In this document: one piece after another, positions 12,630-26,300 of the stretch
Position numbering within the stretch: position 1 is the stretch's first letter
Layout: every line of letters starts with the position of its first letter
NCBI RefSeq assembly: GCF_006345805.1
Contig: NC_043015.1
Coordinates: 33,356,001-33,420,000, forward strand
Source: Octopus sinensis
Taxonomy: Eukaryota
Reading direction: 5' to 3'
Length of the DNA stretch: 64,000 nt
Position numbers and translations under genes: made by a program
The notes under the pieces: model-generated
Databases searched by the model: none
Seen by the model: the letters and a program-made list of their open reading frames with translations, nothing else
Told to the model about the DNA's origin: nothing

Positions 12630-13645
12630 GCCTCGGCAAAGTTCAGAGAGCTCCTACCTCTGCTGGTGACAAAGGGCCTCTCATTCAAAGTAAAAGGTAG
12701 ACTGTATGACGCATGTGTATGAACAGCCATATTACATGACAGTGAAACATGGGCCGTGACTGCTGAGGACATGCGTAAGCTCACAAGGACTGAAGCCAGT
12801 ATGATCCGATGGATGTGTAATGTCAGTGTGTATACTAGACAGAATATAAGTGCCTTGAGAGAAAAGTTGGACCTAAGAAGCATCAGATGTGGTGCGCAAG
12901 AGAGATGACTGTGCTGGTATGGTCATGTGGTGAGAATGGATGAGGATAGCTGTGTGAAAAAGTGCTACACCCTAGCAGTTGAGAGAACCTGTCGAAGAGG
13001 TAGGCCCAGGAAGACCTCGGATGAAGTGGTGAAGCACGGCCTTCAAACATTAGGCCTCACCGAGGCAATGACCAGTGACCGAGACTTTTGGAAATATGTT
13101 GTGCTCGAGAAGACCCGGCAAGTCAAATGAGACCATAACCTCGTGGACTATGCCAGGGGTGTAACCAATGCGTACCTTTCCTTCATTGGACACTAAACTC
13201 TGCTTGTGAAGACCTGTTGAGGAAAGTGAAATCGAAATCAAATTTGATGACTGGCATCCATGCTAGTGGAGCGCTAAGAGCAACATCCGAGCGTGGTCGT
13301 TGCCAGAGCGGCTAACTGGCTTCCATGCTGGTGGCACGTAAAAAGCACCATTCGAGCGAAATCATTACCAGCGTCACCTTACTGGCACTTGTGCCAGTGG
13401 TATGTAAAAAGCATTCGAGCAAGGTTGTTGCCAGTGCCGCTGGACTGGCTCCTGTGCAGGTGGCACGTAAAAGTACCCACTACACTCTTGGAGTGGTTGA
13501 CGTTAGGAAGGGCATCCAGCTGTAGAAACACTGCTAGATCAAGATTGGAGCCTGGTGCAGCCATCTGGTTCGCCAGTCCTCAGTCAAATCTTCCAATCCA
13601 TGTTAGCACGGAAAGCAGACATTAAACGATGATGATTATGATGAT
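12630..13645 (+). mobile_element. 5'-truncated RTE-clade LINE (end of ORF, 3' UTR, (GAT)n tail)
   Basis: [27 protein letters not shown]...SETWAV...RGRPRKT with stops; tail aaacgatgatgat. Confidence 0.85.
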
Positions 13646-13682
13646 ACATGTGTATGTGTGTGTGTATATATATATATATATA

Positions 13683-14222
13683 AAATCTCTTGTATCTGCA
13701 TTTGACTCAGCTTGTGATGATTTTGGCTTGACCATCAACTTGAATAAAACAGTTGTATTGTATCAACCTGCATGCGGTGCTGTTAGGAACCTCCCTAAAA
13801 TTTTTCTTAAGGGAAAGTTACTTGAGGTTCTTGATTCATTTGTCTACCTTGGAAGCTCTGTCCAAAATGATGGAAATCTTGATACAGAAATATAGCTGCG
13901 AATTCGAAGGACAGCAAAAGCATTTGGTGGCTTGGAGTCACGTATTTGGTGCCAGCGACATATAAATAAGAATACAAAGCTGGCTCTTTACAAATCCTTT
14001 GCCTTACCATTCCTGTTGTATTCCTGGGAAACTTGAACTTGTTATGAAAGGCATTTTAAACTGTTAGAACAATTCCACCAAAAATGCCTTCATCGCATTT
14101 TAAAAATTAAATGGAGTTTTTTTACTCCAAACACAGATGTCCTTGCTTCTGCAGGCATCACCTTAATTAAAGCTATGATTTTGAGGAACTAAATGAGGTG
14201 GTGTGGCCATATTGTTCGAATG
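13683..14222 (+). mobile_element. RTE-BovB-like LINE reverse transcriptase fragment
   Basis: FGLTINLNKTVVLYQP...FVYLGS...DTEI, followed by decayed AFGGL and RWCGHIVRM motifs. Confidence 0.85.
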
Positions 14223-14679
14223 TGTGCGTAGTTTTATAAGCAACTGCAACTTCAAAACATGAAAATTAAGCTTTTAGTCATACTTGCAAAAAAATCACTA
14301 AAACTAAATATGTTGAAATATGATCTGTGCAGGATTTGAAACTATGACTGTTTAGAGCACATCCGTCATCTGAAACACACAGGCCAAGTAATTTTTGGAT
14401 ATCCTATGGAAGGCTTACTTAATACATATACGATTTGATATTGTTAGTGATCTACAAATAAATAACCACTTTATCATAAGCATTGAACCAAAATACTTTT
14501 GCTCCCTTTCATGTTAACACACAAACACGCCTAATGAGCATGGAATCACTGCAATTAAATATTGGCTTCGTACATACCAGCTTGAGTTTGAGAATGCATT
14601 GAAAGGAGACTGGTAGACTGAGACTTGTATCATAAAATTATTTCATTCATATTCAGCGATTTAATGTACAATAAATATT

Positions 14680-15500
14680 ATGGACAATGCCAGGCCCTGT
14701 AGCTTCCCCTCCATATGCCAACTTAAAGATGGGTTATAATGAGAAGTAAATGTATGATGAATCTCTATAAACATTTAGAAACACATGTACAGACTTAAAA
14801 GACAACTGGGAAAGAGATTGAGGTGACCGATTCCATGACAGGATAATCTAGATAGACTTAGAGAATATGAAAATCTTATGGACAGTATCAACCATAATAT
14901 TAAATTCAAGATGGATTTCAACCAAAAGGAACAGATATTTTTAGACATTTTAATTACGAAAACATGTGAGGAGATGGAAACAGACATCAACTATAAACTT
15001 ACAGTTTCAAAGCAGAATCTTCTCTTCACATCTCATCATCTCAAACATACAAGAATGAACATTCCATTCAGCCTTGCAAAAAGAATTTGCACTATAGTAC
15101 TGGATTTTAGGGTGGATGAATTGAAAAACACTTATTCAAAAGGCATTTCCACCAAGTCTAATCACAAATGAAACAGACAGAGCAAAACTGAATATTCCAG
15201 ATATTAGGAAAGTTAAAAGTAGGACTGAGAACATTTTTTTCCCCCATTTATCTGCATTTAACTCTAGAAATGCCAGAATGTTTAAACATATTTGTAAAAA
15301 CTTACTGATTTTATATAATGATCAAGAAAATGGAAAAAGTTCTAGAAAACCAATGAATCATTAGAAGCTAAAGGCAGAAGAATATAGAAATGAGGATAAA
15401 ATTTTGTTACCAAGTTTCCAATCCTTTCATTACAAAATGCAAAAGATGAAGATGTGTTACATACTTGTATCTAACCACAGGCAGAGAATTCCAGTTTGTG
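14680..15500 (+). mobile_element. Penelope-like element RT fragment
   Basis: PPYANLKMG; NIKFKMD...IFLDILI...TDINYK...SHHLKHTRMNIPFSLAKRICTIV, typical of the PLE RT/thumb region. Confidence 0.8.
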
Positions 15501-16074
15501 ATTCATTTATTCATAAAACTGTTAGAAAAATGTTACAGAGGTTTAAAGTTTGATCATTTTCACCCAACCAGAAAACAGGATTTGTATGTAAGAGTTGTGA
15601 TAGAATGAAAGCAAACATTAGAAGACAAAGTTTTGAACAAAATGAAAGCAATGTGTGTGAGTTAATATAAACAGAATGGTAAATATAAATGGTAAATTGA
15701 TGGTGACAATTAGGAGGAGACTTGTTGATCTAAAAATTGAGTTATTTCATGCAGCAAATTGAACTGCTTGTATTATTATTATTTACAACCTTCTCATCGG
15801 GACACAGATTTTGAAAATCAAATTCATTTTTTTCTAGAAGACACAACGGTTCAGAGCCTCCAGGACATATATTCGCATTTATAGAGTAGATGTATACACA
15901 CATATACAAGTACATAATACACAAACATACATACATACACATATGATGAAGGTGAGAAAGCTAGAACTTCGAAGTCACTGTCAATCCTTCACTGATGAGA
16001 ATTTAATATACATGCACTCTACGAAACAGTATTGAGTAACTATTCAATTAATGGCATCAGTGGTGCTTCTACCC

Positions 16075-16912
16075 AGAACAAAACCAAACTGCATCTCATC
16101 TAAGCAGACTCTCTCCCTAATGAGTTAGACTATGACCCTCTCTGTGACCTTCATCACCTGATCCAACAGTTTAATACCCCTGTAGTTATTCCTATCTAGA
16201 GCATCACCTTTACCCTTGTAGCAGTTGACTATGATGCTGCTACACCAGTCATTGGGTATGACTCCATTATGTACTACCTGGTTTACAATGCGGGTGACTA
16301 AGCCATAGCCCACACCACCAGATGCTTTAAGCATCTCAACAGTGATTCCTGATGGGCCAGGGGCTTTTCCTGGCTTCATACCCTTAATTACTTTATCTAC
16401 TAGGGAGCTGTCTATTGGGATAGCTGGTTCCTCTACTGGGTCAACATTTGGCAGACTCTCCTCCTCCCATTCATTCTCCCACATTCAGCAGTCTTTCATA
16501 ATGGCTTCTCCAAGCCTCTTTCTTTTCAGAATCACTAAAAGCAAGTGCACCATCATCCATTCGAACACATTTCTCTCCTGTGACATCACAATTTTCTCTT
16601 GCACAATATCTTGCAATCCGAAATACCTCAGTTCTTTAGTCCTCACGTCTCTGGACATTGGCAAACTTCTTTTCCGCTTCACTCTTGGCTATGTATACCT
16701 GCCGCCCAGCCTCCCTTCTAGCTACCTGGTACCGTTCCATGCTACCACCATCCTTCCTGGCTTTCCAGGCCTGTTTCTTTGCCCTAACGGCTTTGCCTAC
16801 CGTTCAATTCCACCACCACGTAACTCTAGGTCTGGAAGGGACTTTGCACCATCCACAGACTTGGTCTGTGGCACTCAGCAAGCTGTCCCGTAGGAATTTC
16901 CTGCTACTTGAG
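16075..16912 (-). mobile_element. RTE-clade LINE internal fragment
   Basis: MKPGKAPGPSGITVEMLK...IPNDW...YKGKGDALDRNNYRGIKLL; upstream TWWWN. Confidence 0.9.
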
Positions 16913-17639
16913 CATATATGTGTGTGTGTGTGTGTGTGTGGCGTTAGGAAGGGCATCCAGCTGTAGGAACACTGCCAGATCAGACTGGGCCTGGTGCAGC
17001 CTTCTGGCTTCCCAGACCCCAGTTGAACCAAACCATGCTAGCATGGAAAGCGGACGTTAAACGATGATGATGATGATATATATTATTAGATAATAAATCA
17101 TATGCTAAACACCTGGTAGCTTATCAATAAAGCACGCTCAGTTTCACATTGTGTGTTAGGTACTTGATTAATGAGAGATACTTCTAAATTAATTAAGTAC
17201 TCCACCCATGAGGGATCAATGCTAAATGGGGCAAAACAATTGTAGTGATTAATAAAAATTCTTCTATCTTCCACCTTCTGTCTCTCTCATTAAACAAATA
17301 TATATAACTATATATATGTATACATGCTTACATACATACATATAAAGTATATATATATATAAGTATATAGAGCTTAAAAAGAATAAGACTTAGGGTCGAT
17401 TTATTTGACTGTAAAAGGTGGCACTCCAGTATGGCCACAGTCAAATGACTGAAACAAGTAAAAGAATAAAATAATATATATGTATGCATGCTTACATATA
17501 CATTTATATATATATATATATATACACACACACATATAATTATAACAATAAAGGTCTTTGCAACAAGTTGCTTGACCACACACCGAAAATTTTAGAAATA
17601 GCAGCTAAAAGACTACTATTTCCTTTTTCTACAAAAATA

Positions 17640-17669
17640 TTTATACATACATATATGTATATATATGCT

Positions 17670-17737
<68 letters not shown>

Positions 17738-18020
17738 TTTAAATATATATATATATAACCACAATCCTACAACTGCGAGTCTGCTGCCCTAACCACTGGG
17801 CCATTGCACCTCCACACAGATGTATATATACACACATATTCATATATATATATATATATACATACACACACATATACGTATATACATATATATATATATA
17901 CGTACACACACATATACATATATACACACACATATATACATATATACACATGCATATATACATATACACACACGCAATATACACACACACACACATATAC
18001 ACACATACACACATCGTGTG
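17640..18020. repeat. Compound (TA)n/(CA)n microsatellite field
   Basis: Seen directly. Similar fields at ~53520-54000 and 44780-44920, (GATA)n at 63080-63400, (AAT)n at 33490-33565 and 34665-34735. Confidence 0.95.
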
Positions 18021-18572
18021 TATTCATGAGTATGTATGCCTGCATACCTACAAAACCAAATAATCAATATTTCTTAGAGAGTGAGAGAGGGGGGAGAGAA
18101 AGAGAGAGAGGGAGAGGGGGAAATGAGAGAGAGAAGGAGGGAGAAGAAGAAAGAGAAGGAACAATCTAAGTAAAGAGACACACGGTGTCATATACGCTCT
18201 TAAAACTCTGTTGGAGACAACAAGTACAAGAATCATTGTGGAACAGTAGAATGCTGAGGAAGAATGTCGCTATGGGAACCCACAAATCCAATGAATACAA
18301 GGATTACTGGAGTTAGAAAAGAATTTTCAAAAACATAGGAAATGACAGAACAACAATAATCCAATCGTTACTAATTATGACAATTATTTTCATCATTACA
18401 GTTATTGTCATAATTAGCTTCACTATTATTTAAGGATTTGGTTTGAATATAAACACTGAGACCATCATCCAAGGAATTTCTTTGCTTTGGTTAAGATTAA
18501 TGGAATTTTCCTAGGAGAGAAGTGTGCATGTGGAAACGGTTTTGTTTTAATATATTAGTGATTGTGTATGTA

Positions 18573-18625
<53 letters not shown>

Positions 18626-18772
18626 CCTTCAAACTTCTTAAACATATATATATGTATGTACTGTTCTTATATAAAATAAGAACAGTAATAAATGAATGAA
18701 GAAAAATATATAGTGCATGTGTTTATTTGGCAAAAAGAAAATGACCATCCTGAAATCCAACAATATATATAT

Positions 18773-18812
<40 letters not shown>

Positions 18813-18824
18813 ACCAATTATTTT

Positions 18825-19200
18825 TTATCTTTTACTTGTTTCAGTCATGAGACTGCAGCCATGCTGGGGCACTGCCTTGAAGATTCGTTAGTCAAAGGAA
18901 TTGGCCCCAGTACTTCTTTTAGGTTTTTAAGCCTAGTACATATTACCATCAGTTTCTTTTGCCAAACTGCTAAGTTACAGGGACATAAACACACCAACAC
19001 TAGATATCAATTGGTGGTGTTGGGGGCAAACACATACACACAAACATGATGGACTTCTTTCAGTTTCTGTCTACCAAATCCATCCACAAGGCTTTAGTTG
19101 GCCTCAGCCTATAGTAAAAGACACTTGCCCATGGTGCTGCACATTGGGACTGAACCTAAAACCATGTGGTTGGGAAGCAAGCTTCTTACCACACAGCCAC
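18825..19200 (-). mobile_element. tRNA-derived CORE-like SINE (second family)
   Basis: Minus-strand head gtggctgtgtggtaagaagc...ggttcagtccc and a CORE-like gggcaagtgtct. Other copies at 51800-52240, 19740-19910 and 35360-35510. Confidence 0.75.
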
Positions 19201-19710
19201 ACTAGCAATTACTCAAAATTCTTTCACCTGTCCTTCTTAATCCATTGATGATATTAGCTGAAGGTTATTTATCAATATTTAAACAAGCATATTTTCTCTA
19301 GGCACACACTCAGTTCCATAACACCATGTTGTTGACTGATGGACAATAATTACAAGAATACTGACACACACCATCACAATCATCATTTAACATAATCTGT
19401 TTTTCCATGCTTGCATGTGTTGGATGGGATTTGTTAAAGCAGATTTTTCCATAGTCTAATATCCTTCTTGTCATCCACTCTCACTTGTTACTAAGTAAAG
19501 TAATATTCCCCAATGGCTGGACATTCTTTCATGGAATACAAGAAACAATAGACATCACTTGTATAAGGGTGACACTAAGTCACACACACACACAACGTGT
19601 ATGTTTGTGTGTGTATATATGTAAATGTCAAATGATGAAATGAGTGCTCAACACCGCATTGGTGGATATACAATTCCCCTAAAGAAAAAAAAAGTATATA
19701 TATATACACA

Positions 19711-19744
<34 letters not shown>

Positions 19745-22700
19745 AGCTTCTTTCAGTTTCTGTCTACCAAATCGACTCGTAAAGCTTTGGTCGGTTCAGA
19801 GCAGCCATGATGGAGGACATTCGTCCAAGGGTGCCGTGGAGTGGAACTGAACCGGTAACCTAGAACTGTGTGGTTGGGAAGCCATTTTGTCAACCATACA
19901 ACCAGCCTGCACCAATATATGTGTGTGTCAGAATTGGTAAAGCACTAGATCAGGCATAAGCAATCTTCTTGGAGGAGTAGGCTACATGAGACATGGTTCA
20001 TAATTAGGTGGGCCACAATAATAAAAAAATTTCAAGGTAATTATTTTGCAGTGCGTGAGATTCAGAAAGCTGCAACTGGCAGAATCATTAGAGAGCCAGG
20101 CTGATGGAGAAGAATTACATGAGTATCAAGATTTACTATCATAATCACCATTTAACCATCTGCTTTTCCATGCTTGCATGGTTTGGACAAATTTGCTTAA
20201 GGGAATTTTGTCCATCTCTAGGCTTTGAGTTCAAATTCCTTTTGGGGTCAATAAAATAAATACCAGTTGAGTACTGGAGTTGATTTAATCAACTTACCTG
20301 CCCATTCCCCCCAAATTGCTAGCCTAGTGCTAAAATTGGAAATCACAATTTAGTTATTTTCCCTCCATATCCAGAATTCAACTACTGCCGTGTTTGACTT
20401 TGCCTGTTATCCTTCCAGGCTATAAATAGAACAAGTACCAGTGAAATACTGGTGTTTGGTTGATAAATTCTGTTCCTCCGGCAATGTTTATGAAATTGAT
20501 TTTATGTTAGAAATCCTTATTGCATCACAAGGGACTGAATCTTTTAATTCACCCCTGCCATGTCTGTTAATTCCTCACCAGGAACTTCCTTTAAGTGGAG
20601 TTAGAGAACTTGTGGCATAAAGATGGTAAATTTGCATTTGTATTGCCAGAATGTAATGAAAACATTGCAAGAAATGGCAACTGTCCAAAAATACAAACTT
20701 TTGCCTGTACAACTTGCATGTAGGAAACACCATTCTCTGCCATATCAGACCTTCTACTTTTCCTTTCATTTTCCCATTAATTGCCTGTTACACAGCTTTT
20801 TAAAAAAAATTTCCAACCTACGTAAATTGTTGCCAAAGTTCCCTACGTGTATGAATTGTTACATCTGCATATAAACTACGCATACACAATACATGTGTGT
20901 GTATGCAAGTACATGTGTGTATCCATGTGAATGTGTGTGCATGTATGTGTGTATGAATGTACTGTGTGTGTCTATGTTTCTGTGTTCTATCTACACATGT
21001 ACCAAAATATTAATGCATACATTCACAAGCTTTGGGATAACGAGAGTCAGTGAAGGCAGAAAACCCATTACATCTACAGGTTTAACACACTACTGCCCCT
21101 GCTGCTGCTGCCACTCTTTCACAGAGAATTTAATCTCTTCCCCACCACTAATCTTGAATTTACCAATTTCCCATCATCATCACCACAACCACCACCACCA
21201 CCATAACCATTTTGCATCTGCACTTCATGCTAGCTTAGACGGAACAGGTTGTCGTGATCTGAGTCACTTCTTTGGTGAGTTAAGACTCTGCAAGATGGGT
21301 TAGGGGACCACATCTCATTTGTTGGTTAACTCTTTCTTAGATATACATACATGTGTATGTGTGTAGATAAATAGATAGATAAATAGAGAGATGCTTGCCT
21401 AAATATATATACCTGTGAATACATATAAATAGAATTACACACACACACACACAAATATATACAAATTAAGATTCTGGAAGCTAGTTCTGCAATGATGTGG
21501 GACACAAACACACACACACAAACCTGTCCCCACCCATCAAACTAATTCTCATATGCAGGCAAATTACTGAGAGAAAGAGGAACCTATCAGGAAAAGAAGA
21601 CTGAAGAAGAATCAGGGATTTCTTGTACATGGAGACTTGCAATTATATGGAAATTCTTTCCACTGAAAGAAAGAAATTATATTAAGAGATTGTTAAAAAT
21701 TTTTTGCAATATAATATTAGACGATTCACAAAAACCGGATAAACATGTTAAGGCAGGTTTTATCGTATTGCTCTAACCATACAGCACCGTGTTTTTATCA
21801 CCGGAATTTGTCTTCTGGTATCGACTGCTGTAGAAACTTTTGCATGAAACAATCTTTCCAGTTGGATGCTCTTTACAATGCCAACCTCCTCGCTTCGAAC
21901 ACAGAAGGATACTTATACTTCAGGTTGAGTACGGTCTGATTTATTGATGCTATCCACTTGACATATACTTCATAAAGAGTTTTACACAGACAGACTTCTT
22001 AATCTTAACATTTATAAATCCATTTCAATGTATATTATGTATTTTGCAAAAATCTTCCGAGAACAAATCATCTCTTATTAGGTTACTACTACACAGGAAG
22101 ACCTTTCTATACTATTAAAATTAAAATCAATGTTTTTGTAACATGGAAATAACGCAAGCTGTGGATGAGTGTTGCCATTAATAAGATGATGGAATCTGAA
22201 CAGATGAATTTTGAAAAATAATTTTCTGAGATAATATTACAGAAAAAGAATGATGAATACTGTTGAGCCAGTGCTAAGCTGGTAGTAAATCAAGACAGGC
22301 AAGCTGGTTTCAATTCTCAACTGAAGTTAATTGACTTTAACTTGAGAAAGGAAATGCTGTAATCTAATTCCATTTCCTTTTTCTATATATCATTATATCT
22401 TTGTTTTTATGCTTTTATAAAACAGAGATTTTAAAAGCTGAGTAAACCAGGAACTGTTGAGAAAAAACAAAAGGGTACATAATTTGGAAATTCAATCTGC
22501 AACATCCTAAACAATATTCAAAAGAAAACCATGTGCTAGGTCAACAAAAAACTCCAGTTCCTACTGTATTTGATGTCAACTATTTCAGTTGATACTACAA
22601 AACATATCAAAATTTATTTGGATATTTTTATCAGAATTCTTTCAAGCTGTGTTTTTTCTAAATGATAACAACTGCCATTGGGTAGGAAAATTGGAAGGAT

Positions 22701-23227
22701 TGTACTCTGAAATTATAAGTTTTTACATATTTTTGTTAATTTAGACTATTCAGTTTTTAAATTGAGTCTTTGATTTTTGAACAATTTCTTCAGAGATTTG
22801 CAAATAAGAAAATTCTAGGGAAAATATATTTTAAAGTTTATTGTTAGAAGTAGGTATTTCAGTAAATGCTATTTCATAGACTGTCGATGTTACTGGAACA
22901 TGAAAACCTAATAAGAATTTAAGGCATCTTGTCCAATGCCCACCTACCACCTTAGGCTGGTATTTTATCAACTCTAAAAAGATAAAAGGTAAAACAGACT
23001 TTGGTGGGATTTGAACTGGGAGTGTAAAGTACTACAACAGACAGCACAAGTCAATTTGCTGGCTACAAGATATCTATAAATTGCTTTCATATGTAAAGTG
23101 TTATTGCTGTAACTTGTAGGCTGATTATAGTTAATTTTATCTTTGGTTTTACCCATCAAATAGCAGACAAAAGGAATTTCAAAGATGAAACTTTCATTTC
23201 TAAAAATATATTGGGGAACGTGTGGCC

Positions 23228-23452
23228 TTAACCCATTAACCTTTAAATCAGCCATATCTGGCCAAAATATTCTACCTATTTTATGTTTAAATTGGACAGG
23301 CCAGGCTTCTCACACCTACCCTACAATGTCATTCTAAAAACAAGCAATCGTATTACAATCTCAAAGGTATGAAATAATGCATGATTAATACAAAACAATG
23401 TGAATAAATAAGTTTTACATTTGACAGAATAATCCGAATGCCCAAAGGTCAA
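23228..23452. mobile_element. piggyBac-like MITE copy, inverted relative to 24210-24434
   Basis: Shared core ccctacaatgtcattctaaaa / ttttagaatgacattgtagg. Confidence 0.7.
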
Positions 23453-23829
23453 GGTTTCATGCAGGCTTTATGGTCATCAACTGTGGCCTTCTGTGGTTTG
23501 TCTTAATTTATATAAAAGCCATGAATGCCAGGCAGTTGCAATATAATATAATACTTAATTACTGAACCCAGATAAAATAAAGACAAATTAATACTAAAGC
23601 ATTGTGCTGAGTGTAAGATGAATAGAATATACCTAATCTTATAAATGAATCACACATATAAATGCAAAACAAATATAAACCTAAAAAGGAAAATCTACAC
23701 AGAAGAGATTGTGATATCAATAAACACTACCAGAAATATGATTCTTAGCAAGAGGTCCAATCCTGGAAAACTGTATTGAAAAAGAAGAATTTTAATACAC
23801 ATTTCCATCATGGACTAAAACCTGGATTC

Positions 23830-24170
23830 CACAATTTGATAGATTTATCTGCTTTTATTGTATTTGATTTTGGCCATCAACATACCATCTAGTTCTGAGT
23901 GTGTCTAGCCATAAATCTATGATGGTATGGCATATTTTTACTAGGAAATGTTTTGGTATTTACAATGGCCTGTCTATTCTGTTTCCTGGTGTGAATGAAA
24001 TCTATTTGACATGTTTGTAGCCAGATTTGTAGGTGATGAGATGGTTGGCTGGTTTCTTTATGTGTTGTTGCAAATTGTTAGGATTAGTTGAATCACAGGA
24101 CTCAAGGAGCCTTACACCCTCCTCTCTTGCAAAATAGTCTCAGGCTCCATAGCTACCACACATCCATTCA
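23830..24170 (-). mobile_element. Decayed RTE-type APE endonuclease fragment
   Basis: The minus strand encodes EEGVRLLESCD...KKPANHLITYKSG...QIDFI-like motifs across frameshifts. Confidence 0.55.
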
Positions 24171-26265
24171 TTTCACCACATACAATAACAAAGATGCTGT
24201 CCATCATCATTAACTCTTTAGCATTCAAATCATAATCAATTGTTAAGCTTATTTATTCACATTGTTTTAAATTAATTATGTATTATCTTGTAGCTTTCAG
24301 GTTTGATAATGTGATTGTTTGATTTTAGAATGACATTGTAGGATAAGTGTGAGAGACCAGATCTACCTTGCCTGAACATAAAACATGTAGAATATTTGGG
24401 CCTGATAGGGTCGGTTTAAATGCCAAGGGGCTAAGGGAGTTTGCAGAAAGGTCTTGTAGAAAGTTTACTTCTGTTCATCGGTAATTCTAGACTGTGGCAT
24501 GTATGCAGACATAAATGGTGCTGCTGAGGCACCTATAACTAGACCCAGCTTAATTATCCCATCACACAACCTGATTACCTCAAATACCTGATCTACCTGT
24601 TTTTCAGCTTGCGTATGCCTACCTTACTCTACCATTACTTTTACTCACCTAGAAGGATTTGTAAACACACACATGATATAAATACCTAAGACTGGATTAA
24701 GTTCACTACAAATTTATACACATTAAAGGAACAGCAACAACAAAGGGTAAGTTGATATAAGTTTATATCTTCCAGCATCAAATTTGATATTTCATATTTC
24801 TCACTTTAAATTCTACCAAAGTCAACCACTAGTTTCTCCTCATTCATTGAAGACCAATCAAATCACAAATCACTTGTGAATCGAGATTGGTTCAACCATC
24901 TCTTTATTTCTCTCTCTCTCTCAGTCTCTTCTCCCAAATTCCTTCCAATGGTTGTGAACTGTGATCGATTTAATAATCTATATTATCTCTACTCCTTGCT
25001 CCCTTCGCATGCTGAGAAATTGGCCTAGAATCTGAGAAATTAGCATTATCATAATTATAGCTGTTATTATTATTTCATTAAGAAGAAACCTACAATGTAA
25101 AAGCAGAGATACAAATCTTTGCACAAGCAGCCATGTACACACATATACACAGACACATGCAGTGGAGTGAGAGAGAGCCTATGCATAAATATCTGTATGT
25201 GTCTGTCCCTGTGTACAGAAATACATATTGTGTAATCATGTGTGAGAGCAAAAATATGTACATCTGTGCTCATGCTCGTCTATTTGTCTGTCTGTTCACC
25301 TATCCACTCACAATAGTATTCACTCCACCAAGAAGGAAGGTTGCTAGAAATAACAACCAAATCTTTCTCCATATATATATATACCTTACCAACTTGGAAA
25401 AAAAAAAAAAAGGAAAAAATGCATTAGATAATGTAGTCCTGAAAAGATTGAATAAAGGAGCACTGGAATGTTTTTGATTAAAGGTCAGCCATCCCAGGGC
25501 AAACCTGGGATGGCCAAACAACAGAATTAGGATCTACAACTACTATACACCATTATGACTACCACTGCAACATATCCTAACATTCCAACTACCAATGCCA
25601 CTACCACCACCACACTACTTCTGCCACATCCTACCAAGACCACCACCATAAACAAAGCCTGACACTACAACCACAACCACAACAACTAACAAACCCTGTT
25701 GCCACACCCATCAGTACCAGCAGCGTGAGTAACCATCTTATAAAAGATATTTTACAACTTAATGCTAATCTTCAAATTGCCAAATGAACCATGAACCGTG
25801 ACAATTGGAAGAAAGGAACAAAGACTCCTGTGAAGACCAGCCTAAAGCTATGGAAACAACTGGGTCTTGGAGAAGTGGAAGTTACCAGAAGTTGATGCTG
25901 CTGCTGCTGCTGCCGGTGCTGATGCAATGCCAGTAAAGCAGCAGCAGCAGTGGTGCTGGTGGTGCACAAAATGTCAGATGTATGTAGAAAATGTCTTATA
26001 TTTGGATATTTGAGACGGGTTTTTTAAAGTTTCTTTTAGTCATTATGTCTAAAGCCTTGTTTGTGCATATACGCCTCTGTTTGTGTGTATGTATGTTTGT
26101 ATGAGTGTGTATGTCTATGTTTGCATGTGTGTGTGTGTGTACATACACACAATGCTATATTTACCACCCTACGATTCTGTATCCCTGACACGATTAAAGG
26201 ATGCTTCCCTCATCTTCAATTGTGAATATTGAACACCACTAAGTCTTTAAAGGTAAGTACAAGCA

Positions 26266-26300
<35 letters not shown>

